A DNA stretch of 64,000 bases from a virus: the IMG/VR virus record IMGVR_UViG_3300025012_000079, positions 4,081-68,080 of that record; one strand, 5' to 3'. A program made the position numbers and the translations under genes. How positions within the stretch are numbered: position 1 is the stretch's first letter; every line of letters begins with the position of its first letter. Shown here piece by piece: positions 19,710-30,021 of this stretch. A model generated the notes under the pieces. That model did not search any database. It was not told the origin of the DNA and was given only the letters and a program-made list of their open reading frames with translations.

Positions 19710-20582
19710 TTATAAGAAACTGTTCCAAGGCACCATACTCATGACACGCTGCATATCAGGATGAGCAGACTTAGCTGTTCGTAGTTTTCTGATATGCGTC
19801 CACTCAGCTGCATCTGCTGTGACTACGATCTCAGTCTTCAAGGCATTGGGCAGGACGGCTCTGGCTTGTTGTGGAAACAAGCCGAAAGATAACATCTTAC
19901 TATAGTGTTCCTCAGATTTTCTACAGCTAGATATAAAAATGCTTCTGCAGAAATCCCAATCATCAAACCCAGTAGGCTCAATAAACTCCATATCCTTACC
20001 ACCATAGTTTACATACCTTGTACTTTCTTGGGCAAAACTGCATGGTCTGTGGCGTACCAACTCATGACTGACCCCGCGATCACAGATGAATTTTGCTGCG
20101 TAGCGATGGAGAAGAGTAGGAATCTCATCATATGGACAGGAATCCCACGGAGTATAAATTGGATCAAGCAGCACTATATCAAACAGATCATCATATCTTT
20201 TTGCGAACGCTCGAAAAATTGGATCATCCCAACCAACTATGTTCCCTCTTTGATGCCAGGCAGTAAGACTTCCTCCAACATAAATATAGTCAGAGTTCTG
20301 AATAACATTTAAATATTTTCCAACAACACTGACTATCGTTGATATCAATCCCATAACAATCGTTTCTGGCTGCTTCATTCGTACTACAAAATTCGAGTGC
20401 TCAACCATAGCCAGATGCCCAGCCTTAATCAGTTTCTTGACGAATCCTTCAGCACTATCTTCAGTAATCTTGTCTTCTGACTTGTAGCATGTTCTGCCTG
20501 CCATTTCTATAAACTTGAGTGCTGCATTATATTCTGTCGGGACTGCTCCGAAAAACTCAACGCTTGGTTTGATTATTTTCAT
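19710..20582 (-). CDS. thyX: Flavin-dependent thymidylate synthase
   Basis: AGRTCYKS, GHLAMVEH, RGVSHELVRHRPCSFAQESTRY (RHRx7S), ARAVLP. Confidence 0.95.
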   Translation of the reverse strand: MKIIKPSVEFFGAVPTEYNAALKFIEMAGRTCYKSEDKITEDSAEGFVKKLIKAGHLAMVEHSNFVVRMKQPETIVMGLISTIVSVVGKYLNVIQNSDYIYVGGSLTAWHQRGNIVGWDDPIFRAFAKRYDDLFDIVLLDPIYTPWDSCPYDEIPTLLHRYAAKFICDRGVSHELVRHRPCSFAQESTRYVNYGGKDMEFIEPTGFDDWDFCRSIFISSCRKSEEHYSKMLSFGLFPQQARAVLPNALKTEIVVTADAAEWTHIRKLRTAKSAHPDMQRVMSMVPWNSFL

Positions 20583-20586
20583 ATTC

Positions 20587-20841
20587 TTATTCTCCATCTT
20601 CATGATTTAAGGCTGCTATCAAATCATTATACAAAGCTTCTCTGGGATCAATTATGCAGTCTTTTGGGCTATTCATTAACTGTCCTTTTATTTCAGCTAA
20701 AACTTGTATCTGATAATTGAGATCTTTAATCTTTTCAGTAATTGAAATTATACTTGCTTCTGTTAAGTCTTTATGAAGAAATTCTCGAAGCAATGGAGCA
20801 TAAATACCAGCTCTATCAAGTGTTTTCAGATGTGATTTCAT
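20587..20841 (-). CDS. Hypothetical protein
   Basis: Packed minus-strand ORF. Confidence 0.5.
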   Translation of the reverse strand: MKSHLKTLDRAGIYAPLLREFLHKDLTEASIISITEKIKDLNYQIQVLAEIKGQLMNSPKDCIIDPREALYNDLIAALNHEDGE

Positions 20842-21028
20842 TACTTATTCCTTCAACTATTTTAATACAATCTTTAATTGCCTGTATGGTTGCTGCTGCT
20901 GTAACTCCGTTAGGAATTATTACATTGGCTGCATCTCTAGTTGGTTCGTTTTCACGATCAAGTAAGAAGGCTTGGAGTTTTTGCAGCACTTTATCTTTGA
21001 ATAGCGTTGACATTATTACATTCTCCAC
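20816..21028 (-). CDS. Hypothetical protein
   Basis: Packed minus-strand ORF. Confidence 0.45.
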   Translation of the reverse strand: MENVIMSTLFKDKVLQKLQAFLLDRENEPTRDAANVIIPNGVTAAATIQAIKDCIKIVEGISNEITSENT

Positions 21029-21037
21029 AGTCTAAGA

Positions 21038-21277
21038 TTAAAACCTTATAGACATTGGATCGATAGGTGGTTTGTAATCATAAATCCACTCTTCGATTTT
21101 CCTGATACGAGCTTCAATAGTGAGTTTCTCGAGATTCCCTAAATAGAGTATCCGTTTTGCTCTTATTGCTTTTTGTGTGCAGGATTCACAAATTGTTGGA
21201 TCTGCCTTTCCTGCCTGGCAAAGCACCGTTGCCTCTTTTTTGCATTCTTTACAAATAATCGTTTCAGTGTATGCCAT
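21038..21277 (-). CDS. Small zinc-finger protein
   Basis: Two CxxC pairs; GGAGG RBS. Confidence 0.55.
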   Translation of the reverse strand: MAYTETIICKECKKEATVLCQAGKADPTICESCTQKAIRAKRILYLGNLEKLTIEARIRKIEEWIYDYKPPIDPMSIRF

Positions 21278-21307
21278 TATGACACCCTCCAGGTGTAGTT
21301 AATCACT

Positions 21308-21544
21308 TCAGCTTTTGCATGGAACTTCTGATTCAGTAGAATTGCCAGTTTTAATCACAGTTTGTTTTACAGGCTTAGTAAAAGCTTTGCCAAGTTTCTT
21401 CTCTGTTATATAGCCAAGCGTAGCATTTAATCTCTTAACCATGCCAGCTAGCCAGTCTCCATGAGATTTGAACTGTAATAATTCGCATTCGTCTAGAGCA
21501 TTTTGTAAATCTAGTTCAGTTAGTTTTTTCATAAATTTATTCAC
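21308..21544 (-). CDS. Hypothetical protein
   Basis: Overlaps upstream stop. Confidence 0.5.
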   Translation of the reverse strand: MNKFMKKLTELDLQNALDECELLQFKSHGDWLAGMVKRLNATLGYITEKKLGKAFTKPVKQTVIKTGNSTESEVPCKS

Positions 21545-21738
21545 TTAGACTCTGTTACTAATTGCCATGATCTAATAGTTGCTTTAGCTCCACGTCTGGT
21601 TTTAAGTTTTAATTTATCACATCTTCCAGTATGATAAGCAACTAATTCTGCTGCTCGTTTTTCAGTTGCACAAGTAGATGCAACATAATGCATACCTTTT
21701 CCCCACTGGATAGTGATTATAAACTTTTGAATTTCCAT
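21541..21738 (-). CDS. Hypothetical protein
   Basis: AAGGA RBS, packed. Confidence 0.5.
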   Translation of the reverse strand: MEIQKFIITIQWGKGMHYVASTCATEKRAAELVAYHTGRCDKLKLKTRRGAKATIRSWQLVTESK

Positions 21739-21746
21739 AAATATCC

Positions 21747-22079
21747 TTATTCATGCATGATTATTTTATCAAACTCTTGGGTTTCTTCAGCTAATTTTGT
21801 ATAAAGCATCCCTGCATAGTGTGCAATCTTTAGCAAGTCAAGCCTCTGTTGGCCTTCACGAGAGTTCTTTCCATAACGATTTAGATATTTTTTCATTTGG
21901 GTGATGAAATCAGATTCGCTAAATTCCGAACATTGATCTGATCCCTTATCTCCGTATTGTGGAACTGTGTAGGATTCAATATGGTTAAAGACGTTATTAG
22001 CAAATTTATGCCATTCAGCTGCTCGTAATGAAGGACCTGAATCATAATCTTCTTCTGATGGACAAGGATCAATTTGCAT
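21747..22079 (-). CDS. DUF3310-like phage protein
   Basis: KY..RYGK...DLLKIAHY motif; GGAG RBS. Confidence 0.5.
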   Translation of the reverse strand: MQIDPCPSEEDYDSGPSLRAAEWHKFANNVFNHIESYTVPQYGDKGSDQCSEFSESDFITQMKKYLNRYGKNSREGQQRLDLLKIAHYAGMLYTKLAEETQEFDKIIMHE

Positions 22080-22259
22080 AGTTAAGCTCCATTATTATGT
22101 TTTTCTATTTTTGCTACAATATCTTTCAAACCTTTTTCAATCTTATAAAGTCTTTCAAGCTCGTTGGCTGCTTGTAATCTTGCTGTACGTAATTCATGTT
22201 CATCAATACCGTATGGGTTTCGCAAGTAAGATAACATTATATTTCTATCCATATCCATC

Positions 22260-22451
22260 TTAATTATCCTCTATGATATCATCTAAACCAAAAAACTTAT
22301 GGCCTAAGCAAGAATTTAAAACTACTGTCCATAGTTGTCCATTCCATCTTATATGTGTAAAGCCTCCTTGACTAAATTCTTCTGCTGCTTCTGGTAAAAG
22401 GCAAAGAGATTCATTATCAATATCACTACCATCTGTAATAAATATTTTCAT
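22260..22451 (-). CDS. Hypothetical protein (AT-rich)
   Basis: GAGG RBS in upstream gene end. Confidence 0.45.
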   Translation of the reverse strand: MKIFITDGSDIDNESLCLLPEAAEEFSQGGFTHIRWNGQLWTVVLNSCLGHKFFGLDDIIEDN

Positions 22452-22452
22452 A

Positions 22453-23076
22453 TTAACCCTCTAAGTTCAGAGTAACAATTCCTCTATTCACCAACTCAAA
22501 AAAGCACCTCTTAGTTGCACTGATATCTGCATATGCATCATGAGCGCCATCGAAGCATTCACCAAATAAGTGTTCATGCAACTCGGTCAGCTTGGGCCAT
22601 TTTGGTTTGCCAGCCTTGTTTTTCAATCCACACATTTTTACCACATTCTTATCTTTCATAGTACAATGGTTTGGGAGATCCAAGTAGAAAGCAGACCTAG
22701 CTTCATCAGTTAGGTTATCAAGGTTGCGTTCCATCATCTGGTAAACGTAGCTCCAATCAAATGCAAAGTTATGACAGACAACTAAGTCTGCCTGCCTGAG
22801 CAGTAATCCAAATTGTTCGGCAGCTTCAAGTTCTTCAATACCTTCAGTGTCGGCTCTTTCAATGGTGATGCCATGCACTTCTTGAGCATAATAATTCATT
22901 GAACGGCCATTACTTTTTATGATGACATTCATTTGATCAAATTCTTCTTCTTGGCTGGCAAGAATTGCTCCGATCTGTACTGTCCAGGCTTGCTCAGGGT
23001 CATTGGCAGGCAGAGCTTTTTTAATAAAGTCGGAAGTTTCTGTGTCGAAAAAGAGTACTTTAGTTTGTTCATTCAT
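22453..23076 (-). CDS. DEDDh 3'-5' exonuclease (DnaQ-like)
   Basis: FDTET, VHGI, HNFAFD, AHDAYAD. Confidence 0.9.
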   Translation of the reverse strand: MNEQTKVLFFDTETSDFIKKALPANDPEQAWTVQIGAILASQEEEFDQMNVIIKSNGRSMNYYAQEVHGITIERADTEGIEELEAAEQFGLLLRQADLVVCHNFAFDWSYVYQMMERNLDNLTDEARSAFYLDLPNHCTMKDKNVVKMCGLKNKAGKPKWPKLTELHEHLFGECFDGAHDAYADISATKRCFFELVNRGIVTLNLEG

Positions 23077-23095
23077 TCAAATGCTCCTTTTTTAA

Positions 23096-23362
23096 TTATA
23101 TTAATTTTCTAAGTGCTAATGATATATCATGAAATGCTTCGGCTTCAATATAAAATTCCATACTAATACCTTCATTGTATGTAGTTCCTATAGACTCTCC
23201 TCGATCTTCATCAATTCCATCACAATATTCTTTATAATAATTATCTAGTGCTTTACATGCTTGGATTAACTCTGCGAGAGCATTTTTCTCTGGAGTTTCA
23301 TTTAATAAATCTATTGCATAATCTATATATGCTTTTGCATTAGTTAATTTTTGTACGATCAT
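23096..23362 (-). CDS. Hypothetical protein (AT-rich)
   Basis: Abuts helicase stop, GGAG RBS. Confidence 0.5.
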   Translation of the reverse strand: MIVQKLTNAKAYIDYAIDLLNETPEKNALAELIQACKALDNYYKEYCDGIDEDRGESIGTTYNEGISMEFYIEAEAFHDISLALRKLI

Positions 23363-24634
23363 TTAGTTTTTCTCCATTTGATTTTTAATAACATTCCTAT
23401 CCATCAATTTGAATATTGTTCTATCAAGATATGTTGGATCACGAATCTTTTGTTTCTTCTTAATGGTGGTATATCTACAAGTTGTGGCAGAATTCTCTGC
23501 TTTAAGTATCCCAGATTGTTCAGCCATTTCAACATAGCCACGTAGCTGAGGTATGTTGTCTACATCCAGGTGAAAGTTTCTAACCAGTTCTGTCCACTCA
23601 AAAGATTCGTGACTATCAATAAATGAAAGTATCTTTGCATAGATGTTAGCCTGACTGGATAAACCAAGTCCATAGAAAGCGTTTGGCATCTCAAGTTCAG
23701 TTGCTTGCATTATTGCTAGGGCTTTCTCGAAGTGTTCAGCCGTGATGATCATGTTGTCAGATTCTGCGGCACAGACAAGCATGCAAACCTTATTCAAATG
23801 AAGTGGTCGCCTATGATTATAGCCTAAGAATCGCTCACTAGGAACTCCTGACTCGTCATAATCTTGCTCATACCAGCGAACATAAGTTTTGAGAAAATCC
23901 TTACTTAGGGTGAACTGGCCAGATAAGTTTGCAATTTCTTGCAGGTCGTTTTCTAACTTTTTTTGTGTATCTTCCTCCTCTTCAGTCAAGAACTGCAAGG
24001 CTCTTCTCTGCTTTGGGCCCTGACCAACTACGAAAATAATCCGAGATATCAGGCCACCACCAACTGCGTCTTGACTCAGCTTAGATTGCAACAAACTAGG
24101 AGTTATACAACCAAAAAGCGTTAGCCAACAATTGGATATGTCTTCAGTCTTTCTGGCGAGAGTTTTATACTTCCAAGTATCCGCACAATCAAACAGGTCA
24201 GTCAGGGATGCGAGTAGCATCTGATCTCTATCGTTCAAAAAGACTTGGAATTCTTCTGACCAGATTGATACGCTCTTATGCTTGCGAGTTAATCCAGCAT
24301 GATCAACATAAGTATCTTCGCTGTCCATGAGTTCTTTGTACAATGCCTGGGTTGAGCCTAGCGAATCTGCACCAATATTAACATCTAGTTTCTGTACAAA
24401 GCTCTTTGCAATTTTCATGGCTGTGCCTTTCCGTCCTCCAGGTGGACCGACAAGAGATACGAATAAGTTAGGATAAACATAACCCCGAAGTGCGCCCCAG
24501 TTACAATAGCACTTTCTTCGCAAGGCAGAACTAATGGCTGTTAGTCCGCTCCACAAATGATATAGTTCTGGTGGCTCTGTTCGCTGTGTGTACTTCATGT
24601 AGTGTGATAACCAATTATCTAATTGCCTCGACAT
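23363..24634 (-). CDS. P-loop NTPase, DUF3987-like putative replicative helicase
   Basis: PNLFVSLVGPPGGRKGT (Walker A), SEEF, GGLISR; next to polA. Confidence 0.7.
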   Translation of the reverse strand: MSRQLDNWLSHYMKYTQRTEPPELYHLWSGLTAISSALRRKCYCNWGALRGYVYPNLFVSLVGPPGGRKGTAMKIAKSFVQKLDVNIGADSLGSTQALYKELMDSEDTYVDHAGLTRKHKSVSIWSEEFQVFLNDRDQMLLASLTDLFDCADTWKYKTLARKTEDISNCWLTLFGCITPSLLQSKLSQDAVGGGLISRIIFVVGQGPKQRRALQFLTEEEEDTQKKLENDLQEIANLSGQFTLSKDFLKTYVRWYEQDYDESGVPSERFLGYNHRRPLHLNKVCMLVCAAESDNMIITAEHFEKALAIMQATELEMPNAFYGLGLSSQANIYAKILSFIDSHESFEWTELVRNFHLDVDNIPQLRGYVEMAEQSGILKAENSATTCRYTTIKKKQKIRDPTYLDRTIFKLMDRNVIKNQMEKN

Positions 24635-24699
24635 GAAAAGGTTCCTTGAATAGCGACATACGATTGTTGAATGGGCTTTCCCATTTTATTATCTCTTAA

Positions 24700-24894
24700 T
24701 TAAAAACCTATCTTCTCAATTGCTTTATCACATTCTTTATAACATAATAAACAACCTATTCTACAATCAAAATAAATATTATGCTTTTTACAGAAGATAT
24801 GAAATATTCCTTTAGTAGTTTCATTTCCAAAGTCATCTTTAATATTTGTGTTTAAATTTTTAATATTTTCCTTTGTAATTATTGGTATAAGCAT
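24700..24894 (-). CDS. Small AT-rich protein ending in a copy of the PolA C-terminus
   Basis: Last 11 residues ECDKAIEKIGF identical to PolA; CxxH..C..CxxC. Confidence 0.45.
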   Translation of the reverse strand: MLIPIITKENIKNLNTNIKDDFGNETTKGIFHIFCKKHNIYFDCRIGCLLCYKECDKAIEKIGF

Positions 24895-24896
24895 AA

Positions 24897-27419
24897 TTAA
24901 AATCCTATCTTCTCAATAGCCTTGTCACATTCTTCCTGAGTAAACTTGCTGATTTCAGCCGTGTTACCGGCCCATTGAGTACCCACCTTAGCATCCAAGC
25001 CAATTGTGAAACTCTTTCCCTTATACGTGAATGTATGTGTCAAGTGATCTTTAATAATTAACAAAATTTGAGGTAAGTTTGAAATCTGGCTTTTATGAAA
25101 TCTAAATACAAACGAATCATGAACAGTTGTCATGCAACGAATGTCAAAACCATCTTTGCCGAGCCTGGGATCATTCACTACTTTAATCATTCCACGATTG
25201 AGCAACTCTGCTACGGTTGATTGAGGCTTGTAACTATAGGCATTTCTGAATAGTGCTGCATTCATTTCACCTAAGAATCGGCGAGGCCGGCCAAATAAGT
25301 TGTAAAGAACCCTGTTTTTCTGTACTTCTTCTTCGATTGATCTATGCCAGCGTTTGAGTCCAGGAAAGCGATCAGAATAATTATCGAGAAGTCGTTTACA
25401 TTCTGATTGAGACATAAAAACTTCTTCTTTTGCAAGATTGTCAGAGAATGTTTGAGGTCCCATGCTATAGTTAGATGCGTGTACAACCTTCTTGCCCATG
25501 TAACGCATGGTAGATTTCTGATCAGCCTTTTTATTCTTTGCCTCATAAATAACTTCTTCAATTGGAACGCCAAAAATTTTGCTTGCATTAAAACTATGCA
25601 CATCAATCCCTGATTCGAATGATTGAATCATGTTGGCATCTTGAGTAAGGTATGCAACTACATGAGCTTCAGCCTTAGCAAGATCACACTCACACATAAT
25701 CCAATCAGGATCAGCAATGAGATAATATTTAAACATATAAGGCTGGTTTTGCAGATTTGTTCCTGTACCTTGGTAAGTCTGTTCTGTAGCAATACGTCCT
25801 GAAACTGTGCCAGTTATTTTATGATTACATCTAATTTTATCATCTTCATCTACAGTAACATTAAAGTAAGTAGATAAAAGCTTTTGATATTTTCGCATTT
25901 TAATAATAAGTCTAGCTTCTTCAGAACCCTTAATGCCTTTCTTTGCTATTCTATGCATGGCTACAGCATCACAAGAGATCGCTCCAGTTTTGCGATTAAC
26001 ATATGGCTTGATCATGCAAATGCCATAAAAATACGCAATCATTTGCTTTGATGAACCTTGGTTAAGTTCTTTACCAGTTAATTTATTTAACTTATATTGA
26101 AGAAGTCTAAGTATTCTTTCAAGGGCTTTTTTTCTTTTACTAATTTCTTTCTGATCAGTCAGGATTCCGTTGAATTCCATTTCTATGAGTGGCTTATGGA
26201 GGTTCATTGTATAATCCATAGCATCCATAGAATCGAATTCACTTAACTCTTCAAGGAGTTTCTCAGTTATTGGCAATAAGTAGGCTGAGTCTTTGGCATT
26301 ATAAGTCCAGTATTGTGGCCAGTTTTTGATAGCCTTAAGGTGCGATTGCTTACCTTCGTCCTTATAGTATGGAAAGTATGTGTAGGTCGAAGTTAGATAA
26401 TCAAGCCCCTTTGGAAGTTCAGTATAGCATATATGTTGTGCAAGCATTGTATCAAAATAAAAGTTATCTGTTTTAATCATCATGGTACGGAAAGTAAACA
26501 TGATGTCGAACATTCCATTTTGACAAATCTTACCGATAGCTTCATCATTAAGTATTTCGGCTAGGCCAATCCATATCTTTATCTCTTCTGCTGTTGCCCA
26601 ATAGTTGCCCTGGTTGTTCATTAGAGGCACAGACATGGAGAGGATCTTGTTATCGTGATATACAGCCAATGAGTAGCAGGTAATAAATTCTGGCGTAGCC
26701 TCGATGTCAAATGCTACATATTGCTTTGTCTTAATCAATGCGTAGAACTGCATGATTTCTTCAAAGCTAGGCTTGATTTTTATTTCTACATTATCAACTA
26801 GCAATTCTGGATCTTCAATGATCCGCAGAGCTTTTGTAAAGTCTGCAATCATTGTATAGAAGTGAATAGGCTGCCCGTATGGGAGGGTGAAAGATGGATG
26901 ATAAGACAAACCGATTATCTTGCCTGCCAGTTTTTCTTTTAAGTGTGGGAAGTCTTCAGCATGGTAGAATGAACCGCGATACTTTGTGATTGAATCAAAC
27001 TTAGGTTCATCCAGCAATAGTCTCATTGGAGTTGCACCGAGCAACATTATGACTTTGCCTGGAAATTGAGCAAGCTCATCAATTAATGCTGCTTGCAACT
27101 TGCTCCAGTTTGGATGGCGGTAGCCTTTATCTGTCCATAAGACAGCGGTATTGTTTTTTGGAAACTTGGCTTTGCAAGCATTAGTTAGATAGATTTTATA
27201 TCTTGCTAGTCTGACGGCTGCACAGATGCGATTAAGCTGAGATCCTGTCGGCCCGACGAATGGTTCGTTCTTCAGGACTTCGATTTCGCCTGGAGCTTCG
27301 CCAACCATGGCGATTTCGGCAGTAAGTATGTTATCAGTTGGAGCGCACTCTACAGCTAATGCATTGAAAGAACCTTCTTTCTGCGGAGATGCTGTAGTTG
27401 ATATGCTTGGGATTATCAT
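24897..27419 (-). CDS. polA: Family A DNA polymerase with N-terminal uracil-DNA glycosylase (family 4-like) domain
   Basis: UDG: GEAPG, PFVG, TN, YHPS; exo: FDIE, QNGMFD, YNAKD; pol: GR, NLQN, DLAKAE, RYMGKKVVHASNY, VHDS. Confidence 0.93.
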   Translation of the reverse strand: MIIPSISTTASPQKEGSFNALAVECAPTDNILTAEIAMVGEAPGEIEVLKNEPFVGPTGSQLNRICAAVRLARYKIYLTNACKAKFPKNNTAVLWTDKGYRHPNWSKLQAALIDELAQFPGKVIMLLGATPMRLLLDEPKFDSITKYRGSFYHAEDFPHLKEKLAGKIIGLSYHPSFTLPYGQPIHFYTMIADFTKALRIIEDPELLVDNVEIKIKPSFEEIMQFYALIKTKQYVAFDIEATPEFITCYSLAVYHDNKILSMSVPLMNNQGNYWATAEEIKIWIGLAEILNDEAIGKICQNGMFDIMFTFRTMMIKTDNFYFDTMLAQHICYTELPKGLDYLTSTYTYFPYYKDEGKQSHLKAIKNWPQYWTYNAKDSAYLLPITEKLLEELSEFDSMDAMDYTMNLHKPLIEMEFNGILTDQKEISKRKKALERILRLLQYKLNKLTGKELNQGSSKQMIAYFYGICMIKPYVNRKTGAISCDAVAMHRIAKKGIKGSEEARLIIKMRKYQKLLSTYFNVTVDEDDKIRCNHKITGTVSGRIATEQTYQGTGTNLQNQPYMFKYYLIADPDWIMCECDLAKAEAHVVAYLTQDANMIQSFESGIDVHSFNASKIFGVPIEEVIYEAKNKKADQKSTMRYMGKKVVHASNYSMGPQTFSDNLAKEEVFMSQSECKRLLDNYSDRFPGLKRWHRSIEEEVQKNRVLYNLFGRPRRFLGEMNAALFRNAYSYKPQSTVAELLNRGMIKVVNDPRLGKDGFDIRCMTTVHDSFVFRFHKSQISNLPQILLIIKDHLTHTFTYKGKSFTIGLDAKVGTQWAGNTAEISKFTQEECDKAIEKIGF

Positions 27420-27454
27420 AAAATTCCTATTAACTTGTATTAAATTATTGTATT

Positions 27455-27643
27455 TTAATATCCATCTTCATCCATCAAGTACATTGTTTGAATATCCATA
27501 TCACTAAAGGATTCATCATCACCCTTAAGATCAATATAAATAAAAGAAGCTTCTTTATTTAATCTTTTATTTAACTTTTTATAGATATTTAATTCTTTAT
27601 CCTTAGTTGATATAGTTAATATACTAGGAATTTTCATATTCAA
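27455..27643 (-). CDS. Hypothetical protein (AT-rich)
   Basis: Packed ORF, GAGG RBS. Confidence 0.4.
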   Translation of the reverse strand: MNMKIPSILTISTKDKELNIYKKLNKRLNKEASFIYIDLKGDDESFSDMDIQTMYLMDEDGY

Positions 27644-27843
27644 TCCTCATATGTTTGCTCATAATGAGTAGCACATTTTTCAACATCATACCATGTATTA
27701 AAATCACCAATAGGTTTTCCATTATCTTTAAATTTAAATCCGGCAGCTTTTAAAATAAATCTTATATGTACAGCCAGTGATGTATGAGGTACAGTAATAT
27801 TTTGTATTTCATAATCTGTAATAACTTTATGAACTGTTTTCAT
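27640..27843 (-). CDS. Hypothetical protein (AT-rich)
   Basis: ATGA overlap. Confidence 0.5.
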   Translation of the reverse strand: MKTVHKVITDYEIQNITVPHTSLAVHIRFILKAAGFKFKDNGKPIGDFNTWYDVEKCATHYEQTYED

Positions 27844-28109
27844 ATCCTATCCTTTGTCAATGCTCCTGGGTTCGGAGCTTTTATTTCCTGTTTACAGTCT
27901 AAGCAAAGATAAGAACGAACCCGGATAACATTTGCACTGATGATGTTGATAGCAAAGTTATAGTTTGGCTCATTTTTATAGCCGTTTGGCCAGCTCTTGG
28001 AGGCAAATCCTATTTCGAGTGGCACGATGTTTTTGTGTAGGCAACAGTTAGAACCAGGCGTGATGGGAGCTTTCTGTTCGGATAGTTGGCCTACTTTATA
28101 TTTTGTCAT
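27840..28109 (-). CDS. Hypothetical protein (CxH..CxxC)
   Basis: Packed ORF. Confidence 0.5.
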   Translation of the reverse strand: MTKYKVGQLSEQKAPITPGSNCCLHKNIVPLEIGFASKSWPNGYKNEPNYNFAINIISANVIRVRSYLCLDCKQEIKAPNPGALTKDRI

Positions 28110-28303
28110 AACTTAATCCCATTTAACTCTTGTATTTAGCCCATGGAAGTAATTCAATAAAATGTTTATTATGCATTTTCCAATATCTCCAATCACTATC
28201 AACACTCATAAACTCAATTAAAGCAGTTCCTATAATTGGTATTATAATAAATGGAAAAAATATTATTCTTAATAAAAACATAATTATATATTTTATAATC
28301 ATA

Positions 28304-29734
28304 TTAAAGTCCTTCTACTTCAGCAGTTATCCCAAGATAATTTTCAAGCCGCTGATAAAATTCTGGAATATACTTCTGGCTCTTATCACAACCAACTGGC
28401 ATCATTTTTTCTTTAGCTGCACTAATTAAGCAGTTACCAGATCCAGCAAAGAGACTCATAAATAATGTGCCAGGCTTACCTAATGCTTTTAAGAAATGAT
28501 CATAAAGCTCTATAGGCTTTTCCCACTGGTGAATGCGTTGACTAGAGCTGACTGTACTTATGTTAATTGAAGATGATAAGCTAGGAGTATTGAACTGTGC
28601 ATTTCCCTTACGCAGCAAGAGGAACATTTCCCAGTTGCTCACCATGTTTGTTTTCGGCTTATTGGTGCTGCCACCAACTTTGTTCCATGAACCGGGAGAC
28701 TGAACGCCAAACCCGATCTCTCGTGCAATATTGTTAATCTGTATAAAATGTTCTTTGCCTGTCCAGACTAAAGCCCAACTACAGTCAAGCATCTTTTCAT
28801 ATACTAAGGGAAGATAATTGAAGTAGAAATCATAAAGTTCTTTTTCATCCCAGTCTTGGGCTTTGCATTCGATCTTGTTTGTCTTACCATAGTTATCGTT
28901 AAAGTCAATCGCATATGGTGGATCGAGTTCTACCATTCCCACAGAGTTGTTAGGAATCTTGTCGAGGAAAGTTTTGTAATTTTCAGCTACATAAATTACT
29001 TGGATGTTAGATCTGATTGGTTCTTGCTCATCGTTAAGGTCTTCATCATCTTCATCAAACTCGGTGAGTCTTTCCTTGGCTTGCTTGGTTTTCTCAAACA
29101 CATTCTGAGTTACAGTATTTTTTATCGGTGCTGTCATGGTTCCGTTTTGCAGAGCAACTAAACGCCCTTTTTCAGCATCGGTAAAACTTCCCATTCGCTG
29201 AAGTGCTTTAGCTTGTTCACCAAGAGCTTTGTAGGCTTCTTTAGCTCGGCCTTTAGTAGACTGTTCTTTCAGGATTGGAAAGACTTTTAGGGCTTCTGCG
29301 AAGGCAAGATCAGTAGATAATCCACCGAGACTGCACTTGAGCCTCTTGGCTGTTTCTCTATAGCCCCAAGATTTGTTTTCCTTGCCTGCGGCTTCTACCC
29401 AATAGTTGTGCAGTTTATACTTGAGGTCTATTTCCTCATGCCATAGAAATTCCTTTCGGTCCATATTACTAAGGAGTTCGATCAAGAAATGATCATCTTC
29501 AGTAATGCCGTCAAATACTCGGACTTCAATGGTTTCTCGCCCAAGCTTTTTAAATGCTTCAATGCGGTGAAGGCCATCGATTAGGACGTTATTTGAATCT
29601 ATGAGAATCGCATGAAGTTGGCCGACCATTGAGATTGAATCAGCTAAGCTGGAGATGTCACCGACTGCTGAACGTGCGCGATCTTTGATGATAATGTCTG
29701 AAATGTTACGTTCTTCTATCTGGAAGAGTTGCAT
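28304..29734 (-). CDS. ParB/Srx domain + HTH + amino-DNA methyltransferase (beta class)
   Basis: LIDGLHR, SNMDRKEF, HTH-like YRETAKRLKCSLGGLS; DPPY, HQWEKP, FAGSG. Confidence 0.88.
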   Translation of the reverse strand: MQLFQIEERNISDIIIKDRARSAVGDISSLADSISMVGQLHAILIDSNNVLIDGLHRIEAFKKLGRETIEVRVFDGITEDDHFLIELLSNMDRKEFLWHEEIDLKYKLHNYWVEAAGKENKSWGYRETAKRLKCSLGGLSTDLAFAEALKVFPILKEQSTKGRAKEAYKALGEQAKALQRMGSFTDAEKGRLVALQNGTMTAPIKNTVTQNVFEKTKQAKERLTEFDEDDEDLNDEQEPIRSNIQVIYVAENYKTFLDKIPNNSVGMVELDPPYAIDFNDNYGKTNKIECKAQDWDEKELYDFYFNYLPLVYEKMLDCSWALVWTGKEHFIQINNIAREIGFGVQSPGSWNKVGGSTNKPKTNMVSNWEMFLLLRKGNAQFNTPSLSSSINISTVSSSQRIHQWEKPIELYDHFLKALGKPGTLFMSLFAGSGNCLISAAKEKMMPVGCDKSQKYIPEFYQRLENYLGITAEVEGL

Positions 29735-29754
29735 AGCTTTACCTTATTGTAAAA

Positions 29755-30012
29755 TTAAAATTTATTCCATGGAGTACTTAATGCAATTCTTAAAACTTCT
29801 TTTAAAGCTCTATATTCTTTTACTTCTTTTACCAATGATTGAATCTCTCTTGCCATTGAATAAACAGCATTATCATATTCTCCAGCATCACCACAATTAT
29901 AACCCCAAAAATATGAATGATTTCTATCTTCTAGAGCTTTATTAATTTCCTCTAAGGCTTTTACAGCTACTCGTTTGGATATCATATGCCTATTAAATTG
30001 AGGATCTCTCAT
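29755..30012 (-). CDS. Hypothetical protein (AT-rich)
   Basis: Packed ORF. Confidence 0.5.
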   Translation of the reverse strand: MRDPQFNRHMISKRVAVKALEEINKALEDRNHSYFWGYNCGDAGEYDNAVYSMAREIQSLVKEVKEYRALKEVLRIALSTPWNKF

Positions 30013-30021
30013 AGCTTTAAC

